Source: a virus
Taxonomy: Duplodnaviria; Caudoviricetes
DNA length: 58,140 nucleotides
IMG/VR virus record: IMGVR_UViG_3300009103_000036
Coordinates: 1-58,140 of that record
Direction: 5' to 3' (one strand)
The notes below the pieces were generated by a model that worked only from the letters and a program-made list of their open reading frames with translations, did no database searches and had not been told where the DNA came from. The translations under genes were made by a program, and so were the position numbers. Positions within the stretch are counted from its first letter, which is position 1. Each line of letters starts with the position of its first letter. This document shows positions 11,001 through 19,972 of the stretch, piece by piece.

Positions 11001-11254
11001 ACACGACAATACGTCAGTGATTTCTTATGCTTTAGAAATTCACGAACCGCATAGGGTCCAAATCTATTTGCATCAAGACTACCAAATCTGGTCTTGAAAT
11101 CCTCAAAAGTTCCCACAGTTACAGGAACAAAGGCTGGGCCTTTTTCTGCTGTTCCAATTATACCCGCCGGCGTTCCGGTCGGCCCTTCAACCTGTGGCGC
11201 TAAATCAATCTCTCGTTCGAAAAAGCCAGGTGAGCGAAAAACTTGTTCTGCCAT
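8027..11254 (-). CDS. gp18: Tail sheath protein, paralogue 1 (gp18 family, 1075 aa)
   Basis: SPGFFEREIDL, GPAFVP, PWFAPAGFNRG, FGQKTL, DRVNVRRL, FEQN, PTRTIEFI; SD AAGGAG. Confidence 0.93.
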   Translation of the reverse strand: MAEQVFRSPGFFEREIDLAPQVEGPTGTPAGIIGTAEKGPAFVPVTVGTFEDFKTRFGSLDANRFGPYAVREFLKHKKSLTYCRVLGAGANDTDTDMTNTINMGTVKNAGFRVLSKADTSMGALEGGRHSGGVQFLVARHVLSASEAVANPMFTDNDSFGTGNWTSGDTINLIRAVIMVPSGTAMRILNWNQDTPAQAAGWVSTAVDDLAVIGGGGASPAPRNLKEKFKLVISSSSGSGFATTDSVAGVRVLTASLNPDDDDYISRILNTDPTKFIDEEHYLFADYPVENELAGVLADAVGTVGLLSGSANYSEKTKESDSTLRIHRNAFGRFDTRFTTPRTPYFISQPFGNAENDLFYFETLSDGAYGNTQYKVSIDNVRKSTNEADPYGKFNVLIRKFDDTDTDMQALEQYQDLNLNPDSDRFIAKAIGDYKAYFNFDAEDEDDRRVVVSGKYPNLSNYVRVVMNNDVYKKQVPSDALPFGFRGIPVLKTNDKLTDGTAKAAWVHADYKWVSTGPNRLGGHSPTAASQARLLTLTGSIVPPVPFRFKVTKGTMPDTADDSSFSGKSASTEMVDSRFFWGVKFERMPKTGSVSLAALNPNAGSLPNPLIKTFAQFNGIEKLDTLVTGSAMDAFNNNKFTLARVALPNRIATTVDAAINSNITGTAKEHMIDSAYVRNAEPNTTDYTVTDGVLGNRMTLATLVAATSSVYFNRFSKYAKFSTFFYGGFDGVNMLDKNDIYMNDQATSSDLNGGAASATKSPGLIGTAGTAVHVAGSGKQNNSVASYRKASEIMTDEMMVNVNILAIPGIRATFVTDYAAENVRENGMSILVMDPVEYDEDGNRLYDNDKTKPNVRKTSEEFAARAIDNNYVSTYFPDVWIDDPINNKKVKVPPSIPAIAALAFNDKVSYPWFAPAGFNRGALEMVSNVDVRLNTDDRDTLYDARMNPIATFPRSGYVIFGQKTLQQTQSALDRVNVRRLMLELKRLVINVAKRFVFEQNTSATRAAFVGQVAPLLALVQAQAGIEKFQVICDDTNNTAEDVDALKMNGRIVVVPTRTIEFIAIDFIIDRTGASFV

Positions 11255-11305
11255 TGGTTAAACACTCCTTACAATATGCCCGTAATAGACTAAATTATCA
11301 CATTA

Positions 11306-11313
11306 TAAATATC
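11306..11313 (-). promoter_or_regulatory. Candidate late promoter GATATTTA upstream of sheath genes
   Basis: Recurrent octamer; variant GATAATTTA nearby at 11291-11299. Confidence 0.55.
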
Positions 11314-11351
11314 AAGAAGAAACCCAAAATACTAGTAGTTTAAGAAGAACG

Positions 11352-12617
11352 TTATTCATCATCTATGTCAAACCCGTTAAATGGATCATCAGAAAGGACA
11401 GAGGGTGTCGTATTTGACAATACTGTCTCTCCTTTTCTTTGGTTTCTGCTTTTAACTCTCAAATATTTTGAAGACTTGCCTCCGAAAGGATCTTTTACAA
11501 CAGCCCTAGTCATAATATCCGATCGGCCTCTCATTTGAATTGGATTTCCATTTTTGTCTAATAACGTTACGTCGCTTAGAGTAAACTTATCTGGATCTCC
11601 AGTACCCACAGGAGACATTGAAGGTGCCCTTAAAATCTCATTATTTAACTCAGAAATCTCAAATCGAAATATCGGGGCTGATAGATAATATCTAAACGGA
11701 TTTGGGACCCCTTCGGACTGATTGGCAATGAGATATCCATTTGCAGTTAAGTTAAATGTGTACCTTACAATTCTTTCTTGATCAGTAAAATCATCAAAAT
11801 TATTACCTGGATTAAAATCATCACCAATATACGCAACAAACCAGTAACCCTTATCCGACTCCACACGAAACTGATTTCCCGGAGCTTGATAAGCCAACAT
11901 AAAATATTCCATCATCCTATTCATATGTTGGGTATACTGCGTCCAAAATGTAACCTCATAAGAAGCAGTATAAAATCTAGGAAAAGGAATGGTGATTATC
12001 TCAAAAATATTATTGCCTAAAGTGTTATTCAAGACAGTGCCAGCTGCTTTATGATCACTATAATCAACATTCCGCCGAGAGGTTTGTCTTCCGGCTTTAG
12101 CCTCCTTATCTTCTCCCTCAAAATTATTTTCGCTATTCACATTTGATTGATTTTCTAATGCAAGCTTATTTACTAATTTTTGATAGCGACGATCCTTTTT
12201 TGAAAGTCGTCTTTTAATTACAATGTCACCAGTATCTTGTCCTAAACCATGACCAGCACCAAATGCTTGTGAAATACCCGTCCTACGAATAGAAACTAAA
12301 GGCAAGATTAAAGCGTTATTTTTATCTCTTAAGGGTTTTCTTCTCTTAACAAGCGCAAATCTTTCACCCGTTGCAAAGATCACTGGAACTTTTTCCACTT
12401 GATTATTTTGTTCAACTGTTATTTCAAGATCTTTGTCAAAAAGATTGAAGATCGCCCTGTCTAAATCTTCAATATTGCACTCAGGAATAAAAAAATCATC
12501 AGGAACATTTTGTCCCTCATAACCTGTGGGCAAGCGTTTGCTCTCACCTGTTAGATCTCTATTTTCAAACTCTTGGTTTGGTGAAGGTCGTGATTTGTGT
12601 CCATATCCTGTCGACAT
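11352..12617 (-). CDS. Tail completion/sheath stabiliser protein (gp15-like)
   Basis: IEDLDRAI, KVPVIFATGER, LPLVSIRR, YEVTFWTQY..HMN..ME, GYL; position between neck genes and sheath. Confidence 0.7.
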   Translation of the reverse strand: MSTGYGHKSRPSPNQEFENRDLTGESKRLPTGYEGQNVPDDFFIPECNIEDLDRAIFNLFDKDLEITVEQNNQVEKVPVIFATGERFALVKRRKPLRDKNNALILPLVSIRRTGISQAFGAGHGLGQDTGDIVIKRRLSKKDRRYQKLVNKLALENQSNVNSENNFEGEDKEAKAGRQTSRRNVDYSDHKAAGTVLNNTLGNNIFEIITIPFPRFYTASYEVTFWTQYTQHMNRMMEYFMLAYQAPGNQFRVESDKGYWFVAYIGDDFNPGNNFDDFTDQERIVRYTFNLTANGYLIANQSEGVPNPFRYYLSAPIFRFEISELNNEILRAPSMSPVGTGDPDKFTLSDVTLLDKNGNPIQMRGRSDIMTRAVVKDPFGGKSSKYLRVKSRNQRKGETVLSNTTPSVLSDDPFNGFDIDDE

Positions 12618-12628
12618 AATAAAAATTC

Positions 12629-13288
12629 CTATGACTCATCATAAAATGAGCTGCTTGGTCCTGGTGACCTCTTCGACACCTCTGCTGGGCCAGAAATTGG
12701 CTTTTCAAGAACACCTTTTTTCTGAAGCGATCTTACATCGCCCGTGGGTCCTTGGTCATTTGTTGCCAATCCTCGCTGCTGAACAAACTTGTCCTGAATT
12801 GCATCTCCATCTGTTTCTGCCTCAGAAGACGGACCTAGAACCTTCTGAACGATTTGACCCTTTCTTGCCTGCTTACCAGTTATCTTTACACCCGTCTTAT
12901 ATTCAACTAGACCATAAATATTGCTCATAATTAACGCAGAAGTAATTTCAAAAAATAATGACCCAAAGCTAAAATAATCACCCTCAACAACATTAATACC
13001 CTTGTCTAGTAAATCTCGGCTGCTTAAATACGCTTCAATGCTATAGTATTCTTCACTTCCAAAGGCATTGGTTCTAACCTCCTCAGGTGTCCAGTTTACA
13101 ATCGCATCAATTTCAATTGGAGTTTCAAAGATCTTTTCAGGAGCTTCTTCATAAACATCGTGAACGTCAGTTTTTAAAACATTGATAGAATAATAAAAGA
13201 CCTTTTGACCAATTACATCTTTGATTACTTCCTTGGCAATATCATTGATAAAATCAACTTCTCTGGGTGTAATAAATAGTCTTGCCAT
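12629..13288 (-). CDS. Neck/head closure protein (gp14-like)
   Basis: IGQKVFYY, VYEEA..K.F, EGDY, FFEI; follows gp13-like gene. Confidence 0.7.
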   Translation of the reverse strand: MARLFITPREVDFINDIAKEVIKDVIGQKVFYYSINVLKTDVHDVYEEAPEKIFETPIEIDAIVNWTPEEVRTNAFGSEEYYSIEAYLSSRDLLDKGINVVEGDYFSFGSLFFEITSALIMSNIYGLVEYKTGVKITGKQARKGQIVQKVLGPSSEAETDGDAIQDKFVQQRGLATNDQGPTGDVRSLQKKGVLEKPISGPAEVSKRSPGPSSSFYDES

Positions 13289-13293
13289 TTAGC

Positions 13294-14469
13294 TTACCCC
13301 ATCATAATCGGTTTCGTCATCGGTATCATCCGTAACTGACGTTGAACTGCCTCAGCTCTTTCTGCATCCTGAATAACAATTTTATCATATGTCATTGAAT
13401 CTAACATTTCTTTTAGCTCATCCACCATTCTTGTTTGATCTTCTCTCCCCTGAGAAACTAGATCTCCACCGTTTAGCGTCAAATCTGATCCTGGAATTGG
13501 AACTGTGCTAAACTTGGATCGAATCAGGCCTAACAATTCTTTGCATAGCGCAAGTGTAAATTGCCGTACCCATTGATGAGACATGCTGTTTACCTTAGAA
13601 TACTGCAATTCTCCAAATGGAACATTAGAAAGATTTGAAACCCCATAAATTGTATCATCTTGATAAGAAGGTGACAAAGGATCTGGTGCATATTGCACTC
13701 TCATAAAAAGCTTTTTAGGATCCTCCTTTGTGGGTGTTGGAAAGATTCTAATCTTAGTTCCTTCTATGCGATATGAGATATTAGACCTTCTAACCCTTTG
13801 AGAGACATCAAGTTGACCTGCACGAAGGATATCTTCATAAACAGGAAGGACATAAAAAATTGTCTCGGGAGTAAATGATTCAAACGAAAACTCATTATTT
13901 AGATAATTGACTGCTGACGTGGTATCAAAAAATCGATAAGCCGCTGATGGATTAAAGTGAAAAACATCTCTTATCTTTAATTTTGTTTTCTTTCCTGTGT
14001 GCGCATTTTCTCCAGTATCAAAAATTACATTTCCGTCAGCATCTTTTAAATCAGTGTAGATATCATAATCCTGACGATCTTTTTCAAGTTGTATCGATCC
14101 AGAGATCATATTGTAAGAGCCCCCGACACCAGCATCCATGGCATACGGCTCAGCAAATCTTGCCAAGAACTCTAATGTTTCCCTGGGATGCTTTTGTTCT
14201 GACCCTGAAAGCAAGCTTCCTGTGGGCATTCCCAAAAAGTTATTTAATTGTGACTTTGTTTGATACTGATTTACTAAATTTCCATATTCTAAAAATGATT
14301 CCTCAAAGCAAGCCCAAATTTGCTTTTTAGTAAGTTCTACACTTAAAATATCATCGCCCAATTTTCTCTTTACAAAAGTAACTACCTTGTCAGCATGCTT
14401 TTGAAATAAGCTGTCTGAATCAAAAAAACCAAAAGGTGTTGGGCCGGTGGTGTTGTTAAAATTTGCCAT
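13294..14469 (-). CDS. Neck protein/head-tail adaptor (gp13-like)
   Basis: RKLG..ILSVELT, WVRQFTLALCKELLG.IRSKF..VPIPG...LNG..L..QG.E; start moved to ATG 14469 (MANFNN). Confidence 0.8.
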   Translation of the reverse strand: MANFNNTTGPTPFGFFDSDSLFQKHADKVVTFVKRKLGDDILSVELTKKQIWACFEESFLEYGNLVNQYQTKSQLNNFLGMPTGSLLSGSEQKHPRETLEFLARFAEPYAMDAGVGGSYNMISGSIQLEKDRQDYDIYTDLKDADGNVIFDTGENAHTGKKTKLKIRDVFHFNPSAAYRFFDTTSAVNYLNNEFSFESFTPETIFYVLPVYEDILRAGQLDVSQRVRRSNISYRIEGTKIRIFPTPTKEDPKKLFMRVQYAPDPLSPSYQDDTIYGVSNLSNVPFGELQYSKVNSMSHQWVRQFTLALCKELLGLIRSKFSTVPIPGSDLTLNGGDLVSQGREDQTRMVDELKEMLDSMTYDKIVIQDAERAEAVQRQLRMIPMTKPIMMG

Positions 14470-14514
14470 TATGAGGATTCCACAAAAGAAGCTAGAGGCG
14501 CTTGATCGCATACT

Positions 14515-14522
14515 TAAATATC
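14515..14522 (-). promoter_or_regulatory. Candidate late promoter GATATTTA upstream of neck genes
   Basis: Recurrent intergenic octamer. Confidence 0.55.
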
Positions 14523-14624
14523 AAGCGAAAATTTACTTTGCAAATTGTGTCAACTAATCTTAGGGGTTCATTGTGATCATTTAATCAAGGTTGACAATAC
14601 GAGAATCTTATTAAAAAAACATGT

Positions 14625-14834
14625 TTATTGCAAATAATTGTGATCTATCACTAAAAAATCTGTGGTATCAATTTGTAATATTCCATATTCAGTTAAAACA
14701 AACCACGCGGGTTCTAAAAGAATAGCATCATCTAGCTTTACTTTATTTTGTGTTGGCGCAATTAAAATACCGTATACACACTTTGGTGTCCCTACTATCA
14801 CACGAATTAAGTCACCTGGCGCAGGACAACTCAC
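14625..14834 (-). CDS. Small hypothetical protein (possible SH3/KOW-like beta-barrel)
   Basis: PGDLIRV...YGILI...WFVLT pattern; co-oriented; 69 aa. Confidence 0.5.
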   Translation of the reverse strand: MSCPAPGDLIRVIVGTPKCVYGILIAPTQNKVKLDDAILLEPAWFVLTEYGILQIDTTDFLVIDHNYLQ

Positions 14835-14862
14835 GCAAGTAAATATATTAGATCAAAGTTGA

Positions 14863-15132
14863 CTAATCAATATCAATTCGTTTAAAACGAATTGTCACTC
14901 GATCTCCATTGAAATCATCATATTCCATTTTATCGTCAAAATCATCATCTGTAGTAATTAGATAACGCTCATCCAACAATAGCTTGTTTTTTAATTTGAC
15001 GTTATTTGTTTTTCGATCTCTCTCATAGACTTTGACATTCTTTTTAAAAGATCCATCTTCTTGACGGACAAAAAGAACCGATGTCTCCTCAACTAAATCA
15101 GGTCCTACTTTATCAATTTTTTTAGTAGCCAT
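14863..15132 (-). CDS. Small hypothetical protein
   Basis: 89-aa ORF after capsid terminator; TGATAAAAT (extended -10-like) upstream. Confidence 0.6.
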   Translation of the reverse strand: MATKKIDKVGPDLVEETSVLFVRQEDGSFKKNVKVYERDRKTNNVKLKNKLLLDERYLITTDDDFDDKMEYDDFNGDRVTIRFKRIDID

Positions 15133-15184
15133 AAATAATCATCTAAAAACAGACCATCTATTTTATCAGGTAAGAAAAAAAGTT

Positions 15185-15217
15185 AAATAAAAAGGGCACC
15201 CTCGAAAGGGTGCCCTT
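15185..15217 (-). terminator. Rho-independent terminator after major capsid gene
   Basis: AAGGGCACCCT-TTCG-AGGGTGCCCTT then TTTATTT; perfect 11-bp stem with UUCG loop. Confidence 0.92.
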
Positions 15218-15239
15218 AATTTTAATGAGACTCAATCAA

Positions 15240-17165
15240 TTAAATGATGTTGAGATCCATGACTGTGACCGTTCCGTAGAAGTCGGCACGAACCATCTTC
15301 TTGCCGTACCGAGTCATCACGCCCTTACGGGGTGTGAAGTCTTCGGGAGCGAAGATGGTCGGAGTGACGATGAGAGGCACATAAGGTGCGTACACGTAAC
15401 CCGTCTCAAGATAGCTTCCGCCCTTATAACCGACGAGGATCTTGTTCCGTGGGAAGTAAGGATCCTTGTAGACCGTAAAGCGGTTGCTTAGAGAACCAAT
15501 CTTCTCTGCACCCAGTGTAAAGGGTGAGCCAACCTGTCCGTTTCCATCGAGGCTGTAAGAGGGCTTGTAGAGCACTGATGACTCAAGAATGGTAGCAACA
15601 TCAGGTGAGACCACACAGAAGTTCGCAGAACCTCTCAGAGTCTTACGATGAATGGTATTTGCCACATCGATGATTGTCTCGGTCAGCGTCTCATACCACT
15701 CTCGAACAGTTCCTGTAAACGCAGGACCTGCAGCAAGACTATCAGAAAGCTTAACCTCAGCTCCGTTCTCCTTGTTGACGAACTTACCGGGAGCGCGTGA
15801 CCAGTAAAGGTTAGCACCCTTTGCCTCGGTGAGAAGGTCATTGAGAACTTCGCGATCGATTTCAAGCGCGATCTGCTCAGAAAGAATCTGAGTAAGCTCA
15901 ACCTCAGCATCCATGCTGTGATAAGCATTTAGATCCTGTGCGAGCTCAGGTGACCAGCGAGCACGAAGCTTACGAGTTACCGCGGTCACCGCAATAGACT
16001 CGATCTTGATGTCAATCTCAGGGATGATCGGTGAAGCATCGCCCGTTGAGAAATCCGACTCAAAGGAAGGAATTGTCAAGGTTGATCCATCATTAGAATC
16101 AACATCAAGTGATGCACCAACTGCCCAAGAAGCTGTTAGATCAAGAGCTGCCGTAGTAGACCCTGGAATTGCCTTCGTATAAGCACCAGACACAACCAGA
16201 AGAAGCGCTGCATTAGTATCACTGCGTCCAACAAGAGGATCAGCAGTGAACTTGCTGCTTGCATATGTTCCAAGCTGATTTAGGCGGCGAATGTTAGCTA
16301 CATGATTACCACCCTGCATTGTCTCAGGAATCCAGTTGAGGCCAGACTTACCTGCACACCAAAGAGTAAACTCCTTAATGTTGGTCAGATCAATATCACT
16401 TCCCACCTGATTCAGGTTAAGAATTAGGAACTGATAGGTTCCTGTGCTATCGAAAGACCCATTTTCGCAGTCTTCTTCAATCAGTGTGGTCAGCTGAGGA
16501 TCAAACTGAAGAAGGCGACCGTCAGTACCTGTAGCGTGACAGTTTGAGCCTCCCTGTAGGGTTGCATTTCCTGCGAAAGCACCTGATGCAAGCAAGCAAA
16601 CTTCATTACTTGTTGAGGTTGCGTGAACCTTGGAATAACCAGCACCAACAAGGTCATACATTCCACCTGCAGCCAGAGATCCTGAGCGGACGCCCTTACC
16701 TGCTGGGTTGTTGTAAATTGATTGACCTGGGGTGTAGGTCTGACTATCTACGCCACCAGCTGCACCCGATGAGAGTGTGGTGTCGCCACCTACGCGTGTA
16801 CCATATGTATAGTCAAGATAAAAGAGCAGGCCCGAAGGCAGGCTCATGGGCTGGATAGAAACCAGCTCGTTTGCCACCAATCCGCCGAATACACGACGAA
16901 CGATTGGGAAGGCGATATTTGTGAAACCTCGAATGTCACCAGAATTAGTCAATCCACCAGCACCAGTTGACAGAGAGTTATACTCACGAAGAAGCTGTGA
17001 CGCCTGGTTTTCAAGCAGGCGAGACATGTTCTCGCGATATGTGCCATCTAATCCACGAAGGAGGCCTGTTCTGGCCCACTTCTCAACTAGACGACCTGAC
17101 TCTGAGCCGATATGCCGCTGACGGATGTCCTCGGTGAGTTGTTCAAGGGTGAACTTCTTACTCAT
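15240..17165 (-). CDS. gp23: Major capsid protein (T4 gp23 family, 641 aa)
   Basis: FPIVRRVF, VSIQPMSLPSGLLFYLD, TRKLRARWSPELAQDL.AYH..DAE.EL, EIDRE, GYVYAPYVPL, PRKGVMTRYG. Confidence 0.96.
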   Translation of the reverse strand: MSKKFTLEQLTEDIRQRHIGSESGRLVEKWARTGLLRGLDGTYRENMSRLLENQASQLLREYNSLSTGAGGLTNSGDIRGFTNIAFPIVRRVFGGLVANELVSIQPMSLPSGLLFYLDYTYGTRVGGDTTLSSGAAGGVDSQTYTPGQSIYNNPAGKGVRSGSLAAGGMYDLVGAGYSKVHATSTSNEVCLLASGAFAGNATLQGGSNCHATGTDGRLLQFDPQLTTLIEEDCENGSFDSTGTYQFLILNLNQVGSDIDLTNIKEFTLWCAGKSGLNWIPETMQGGNHVANIRRLNQLGTYASSKFTADPLVGRSDTNAALLLVVSGAYTKAIPGSTTAALDLTASWAVGASLDVDSNDGSTLTIPSFESDFSTGDASPIIPEIDIKIESIAVTAVTRKLRARWSPELAQDLNAYHSMDAEVELTQILSEQIALEIDREVLNDLLTEAKGANLYWSRAPGKFVNKENGAEVKLSDSLAAGPAFTGTVREWYETLTETIIDVANTIHRKTLRGSANFCVVSPDVATILESSVLYKPSYSLDGNGQVGSPFTLGAEKIGSLSNRFTVYKDPYFPRNKILVGYKGGSYLETGYVYAPYVPLIVTPTIFAPEDFTPRKGVMTRYGKKMVRADFYGTVTVMDLNII

Positions 17166-17186
17166 TTCCGAATTCTCCTTATTATA

Positions 17187-19025
17187 TTATTCGTTAATAC
17201 CTGCAAGTAGTGCCCATCGGTCAACTTCAGGACTACGATTATCAGACGAAGCTGACTTTGTAGGTCTTGAAGATGAGCCCACAGCCCTTCTTACAGATGA
17301 TTCTGAAAGTGAAGACTTCTTGCCTCTAATCGACTCAGTGAGCGTCTTATAAAGCAATTTGACTTCACGTAAGCTCTTAGCATTATCAAGGGCTTCCACC
17401 ATGCTTCTAAGCTGGGTGTTAGTGATGTCCTTGTTTTGAAGGAGCTTGTTGGCATAAAGCAGCTTAGCATTGAACAGATTCATCTCTGACAACTGTGAGC
17501 GAAGAGCAGAAACTGCCTTCTTAAACTCTGCTAACTGATTGTTAAGGGCTCGATTCTTGCGAGACCTATCGCGTAAATTCTTACGCAGCTGACGATTCTC
17601 AGCATAAACATTTAAATCCTTGTCACTCATATCAGCAAAGGGTTCCTTTCCACTCTTACCGCCGCCGAAAGAGGAGGCACCCTTTACTGCATCGCCTACT
17701 GAATTTGTATCAGAAGGCTTCTCTCGTGAAACATTTTTCGCACCGCCAAAAGAGCCAGCTGCTGAAGAAGGGTCACCAATAGTATCCCATCCAGTATCAC
17801 CCTCAGCAAGTCTTCTCATTCTAATTAGCTCTCTACGAAGCATTCCCTCGTCAATTTCAATGATCTCATCATCGTCAGACATCTGAGTCTCTTCAACTGG
17901 GTCGACGGCATCTCCGCCTTCTCCACCCTCGTCGTCAGTATCTTCGAGATCACCAAGATCTTCATCACCAAGATCTTCCTCAGCACCCAGTGCGTCTGGA
18001 TCAATTCCTAGCGCAACGATGAGATTGTCAACAGCATCGACAACTTCAGGATCAGCTCCTGGATCGTCCTCATCTAAATCAACATCAACATCAGCAAGAT
18101 CGTCATCTGCGGCATCATCTACAGCTTCAGCCGCAGGATCCACATCAGCGTCATCTTCCTCATACATTTCTGAGGCCATATCATAGCCTCCCTCAAAGAG
18201 CTCATCAATATTAAGCTCATAGAGAATCTCTTTATTTCGGCGGTTGGACATTTCTTTCATCTCCTCAAAAACGTGTAATAATCCTTGCTTAAGCAGCGCA
18301 ACCTTTGAAGAATCTTTACCTTCTATACATATTAGCTCACTGCGTAAAGTTTTTAACTCCGTGACCAATTTATTCCAAATTTCATTGACCCTGATCTTTT
18401 CATGGTCACTTGCTTCATCTAAAATGCTATCGACTTTAGAAACTGTTAAGACTTGGGAGCTAAGCTTAGAAATTCTTTCATGCAGCTCACCAATAGTCAT
18501 TTTTTTCTTTCTAGCAGATTTTACAGATTTTGTAAAATCCTTCTCTTGAAGTAACGCAGCTAACATCTTTAATGTCTCACCTGTTACTTCAATCTCATCA
18601 GCCTCGTCTACATCGCTTAATATGTCACCTGCTGGTTGATCTTCAGCGGCAGGTTCGTCACCAACAAGTTCTGTGGGTGCGTCTAAACTGGCTGCGGGAG
18701 CATCTCCGCCTACACGACGAGGAGGTTCGGGTTCTGTAGTAGCCCCAGGATCTGTACTACTCATCGAAGCAAGATCAGCAGCCAGCTGATCAAGATCTAA
18801 AACATCTTCAGAAGATACTTCATGACCTGATGCAGTGGGTACCTCTAATTCTGATAAAAAATCATCATTAGGGTTTAAGCTGTCGTCCCCGGATAGCTCA
18901 CTCTCAATTAAATTTCTAATCTTTGGCGTCATTGCCTCGATGATGGCCTTTTTGGCATTTTGTTCTGCCATCTCTCTTAGCTGGGTAGCTTCCGCTAAAG
19001 CATCATCATATAATGTTCTTGACAT
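17187..19025 (-). CDS. Prohead core/scaffold protein
   Basis: Directly upstream of MCP; highly acidic disordered middle; C-terminal coiled coil ending EMNLFNAKLLYANK...RWALLAGI; many L/I-x-E sites. Confidence 0.8.
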   Translation of the reverse strand: MSRTLYDDALAEATQLREMAEQNAKKAIIEAMTPKIRNLIESELSGDDSLNPNDDFLSELEVPTASGHEVSSEDVLDLDQLAADLASMSSTDPGATTEPEPPRRVGGDAPAASLDAPTELVGDEPAAEDQPAGDILSDVDEADEIEVTGETLKMLAALLQEKDFTKSVKSARKKKMTIGELHERISKLSSQVLTVSKVDSILDEASDHEKIRVNEIWNKLVTELKTLRSELICIEGKDSSKVALLKQGLLHVFEEMKEMSNRRNKEILYELNIDELFEGGYDMASEMYEEDDADVDPAAEAVDDAADDDLADVDVDLDEDDPGADPEVVDAVDNLIVALGIDPDALGAEEDLGDEDLGDLEDTDDEGGEGGDAVDPVEETQMSDDDEIIEIDEGMLRRELIRMRRLAEGDTGWDTIGDPSSAAGSFGGAKNVSREKPSDTNSVGDAVKGASSFGGGKSGKEPFADMSDKDLNVYAENRQLRKNLRDRSRKNRALNNQLAEFKKAVSALRSQLSEMNLFNAKLLYANKLLQNKDITNTQLRSMVEALDNAKSLREVKLLYKTLTESIRGKKSSLSESSVRRAVGSSSRPTKSASSDNRSPEVDRWALLAGINE

Positions 19026-19054
19026 GTGTATGAATTCCTATAAAAGCCTACAGT

Positions 19055-19081
19055 TAAATATCCGTTACAGTGCTAAATATC
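19055..19081 (-). promoter_or_regulatory. Two tandem candidate late promoters GATATTTA (19055-19062 and 19074-19081) before scaffold/capsid genes
   Basis: Two exact copies in a 74-bp intergenic gap. Confidence 0.6.
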
Positions 19082-19099
19082 TAAAAGATATTTTTTACC

Positions 19100-19381
19100 T
19101 TACCAGGGCTGCTTCCTTTTTTTATCCTTTAACGCCTTGCGACGTTCTCGCTCTAATCTTCTTCTTGCTCTCTCTGATTTTTCCCGTCTTTTTTGAGATT
19201 TACTTTTATAAAATCTCTTTTCCTTAAACTCCTCAATAATTCTTTCTTTTTTAACAAGCCTATTAAATTTTTTAATCATCGCTTCGGGAGAAAGATTTCT
19301 TGATTTTCCTTTTCTTCGCCTTCCCCTGCGGTCATTTCTATCTGGTTCAGCCTTAACTATAACATGTGCGCATTTAGACAC
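19100..19381 (-). CDS. rpsU: Phage-encoded ribosomal protein bS21 homologue
   Basis: HVIVK...EAMIKKFNRLVKKERIIEEFKEKRFYKSKSQKRREK..RARRR matches bS21 pattern (E.ALRRFKR...G...E.RRREFYEKP...RK...A); likely GTG start at 19381 with GGAG SD. Confidence 0.8.
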   Translation of the reverse strand: MSKCAHVIVKAEPDRNDRRGRRRKGKSRNLSPEAMIKKFNRLVKKERIIEEFKEKRFYKSKSQKRREKSERARRRLERERRKALKDKKRKQPW

Positions 19382-19964
19382 TGTCAAACTCCACAGGATC
19401 GTCTTCATCTAAAAAGTCTTCTTGATCCTCTAGAAGTTCTTCTTCGCTAAAGATATCAAGTAAATCAAACTTGATATCTTCACCCTCCTCATCATAATAT
19501 CTTGGTGGCGCAGACGCGTATCCTTTCTTAGAGCCTGAGCCTCCCTTGAGCCCTGGTCGAGTTCGATAAACAATGGGGGACATTCCTCCAGCTGAAGCCC
19601 CTTTTCCTGCATTTTTGTATAATCCCGGTAGCGGAGAAATTCCCGGAGCCATTCTAGATTCACCTACACGTGAATTAAAATTTCCAGAACTTGCAAATGA
19701 ACCATAATCAGCAGATTTTACTCGAAGAGGATCGCTAGTTCGATATCGTAAATTTACCTTCTTGATAAACTGATAGATATCGTCATCAATAATATCGTCA
19801 TCGTCGGTGTCGTCATGCTCATCTTCGTCAACATAGGGATAAGCCACTTGAGCCTGATAATTTCTCAATCCCGCGGGTGAATTACCAGGTGTACTGCCAT
19901 ATCCATGGCCTACCCTTGCATCAGGTCGATAGAACTCTAAAAGTTTTAAGATTAAATCCTTCAC
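19374..19964 (-). CDS. Hypothetical head-region protein (Gly-rich, acidic patches)
   Basis: 196-aa ORF in head cluster; N-terminal LLE site; overlaps bS21 start. Confidence 0.7.
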   Translation of the reverse strand: MKDLILKLLEFYRPDARVGHGYGSTPGNSPAGLRNYQAQVAYPYVDEDEHDDTDDDDIIDDDIYQFIKKVNLRYRTSDPLRVKSADYGSFASSGNFNSRVGESRMAPGISPLPGLYKNAGKGASAGGMSPIVYRTRPGLKGGSGSKKGYASAPPRYYDEEGEDIKFDLLDIFSEEELLEDQEDFLDEDDPVEFDSV

Positions 19965-19972
19965 CTTTCACC

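Noticed and set aside
4347-11254. Extracellular contractile injection system or tailocin (multiple sheaths)
   Set aside because: Capsid, portal, protease, scaffold and terminase genes lie in the same block, so this is a phage
14548-14596. Divergent sigma70 promoters (TTGACA on both strands)
   Set aside because: The -10-like hexamers are only 12 nt away; no acceptable -10 at 16-18 nt spacing
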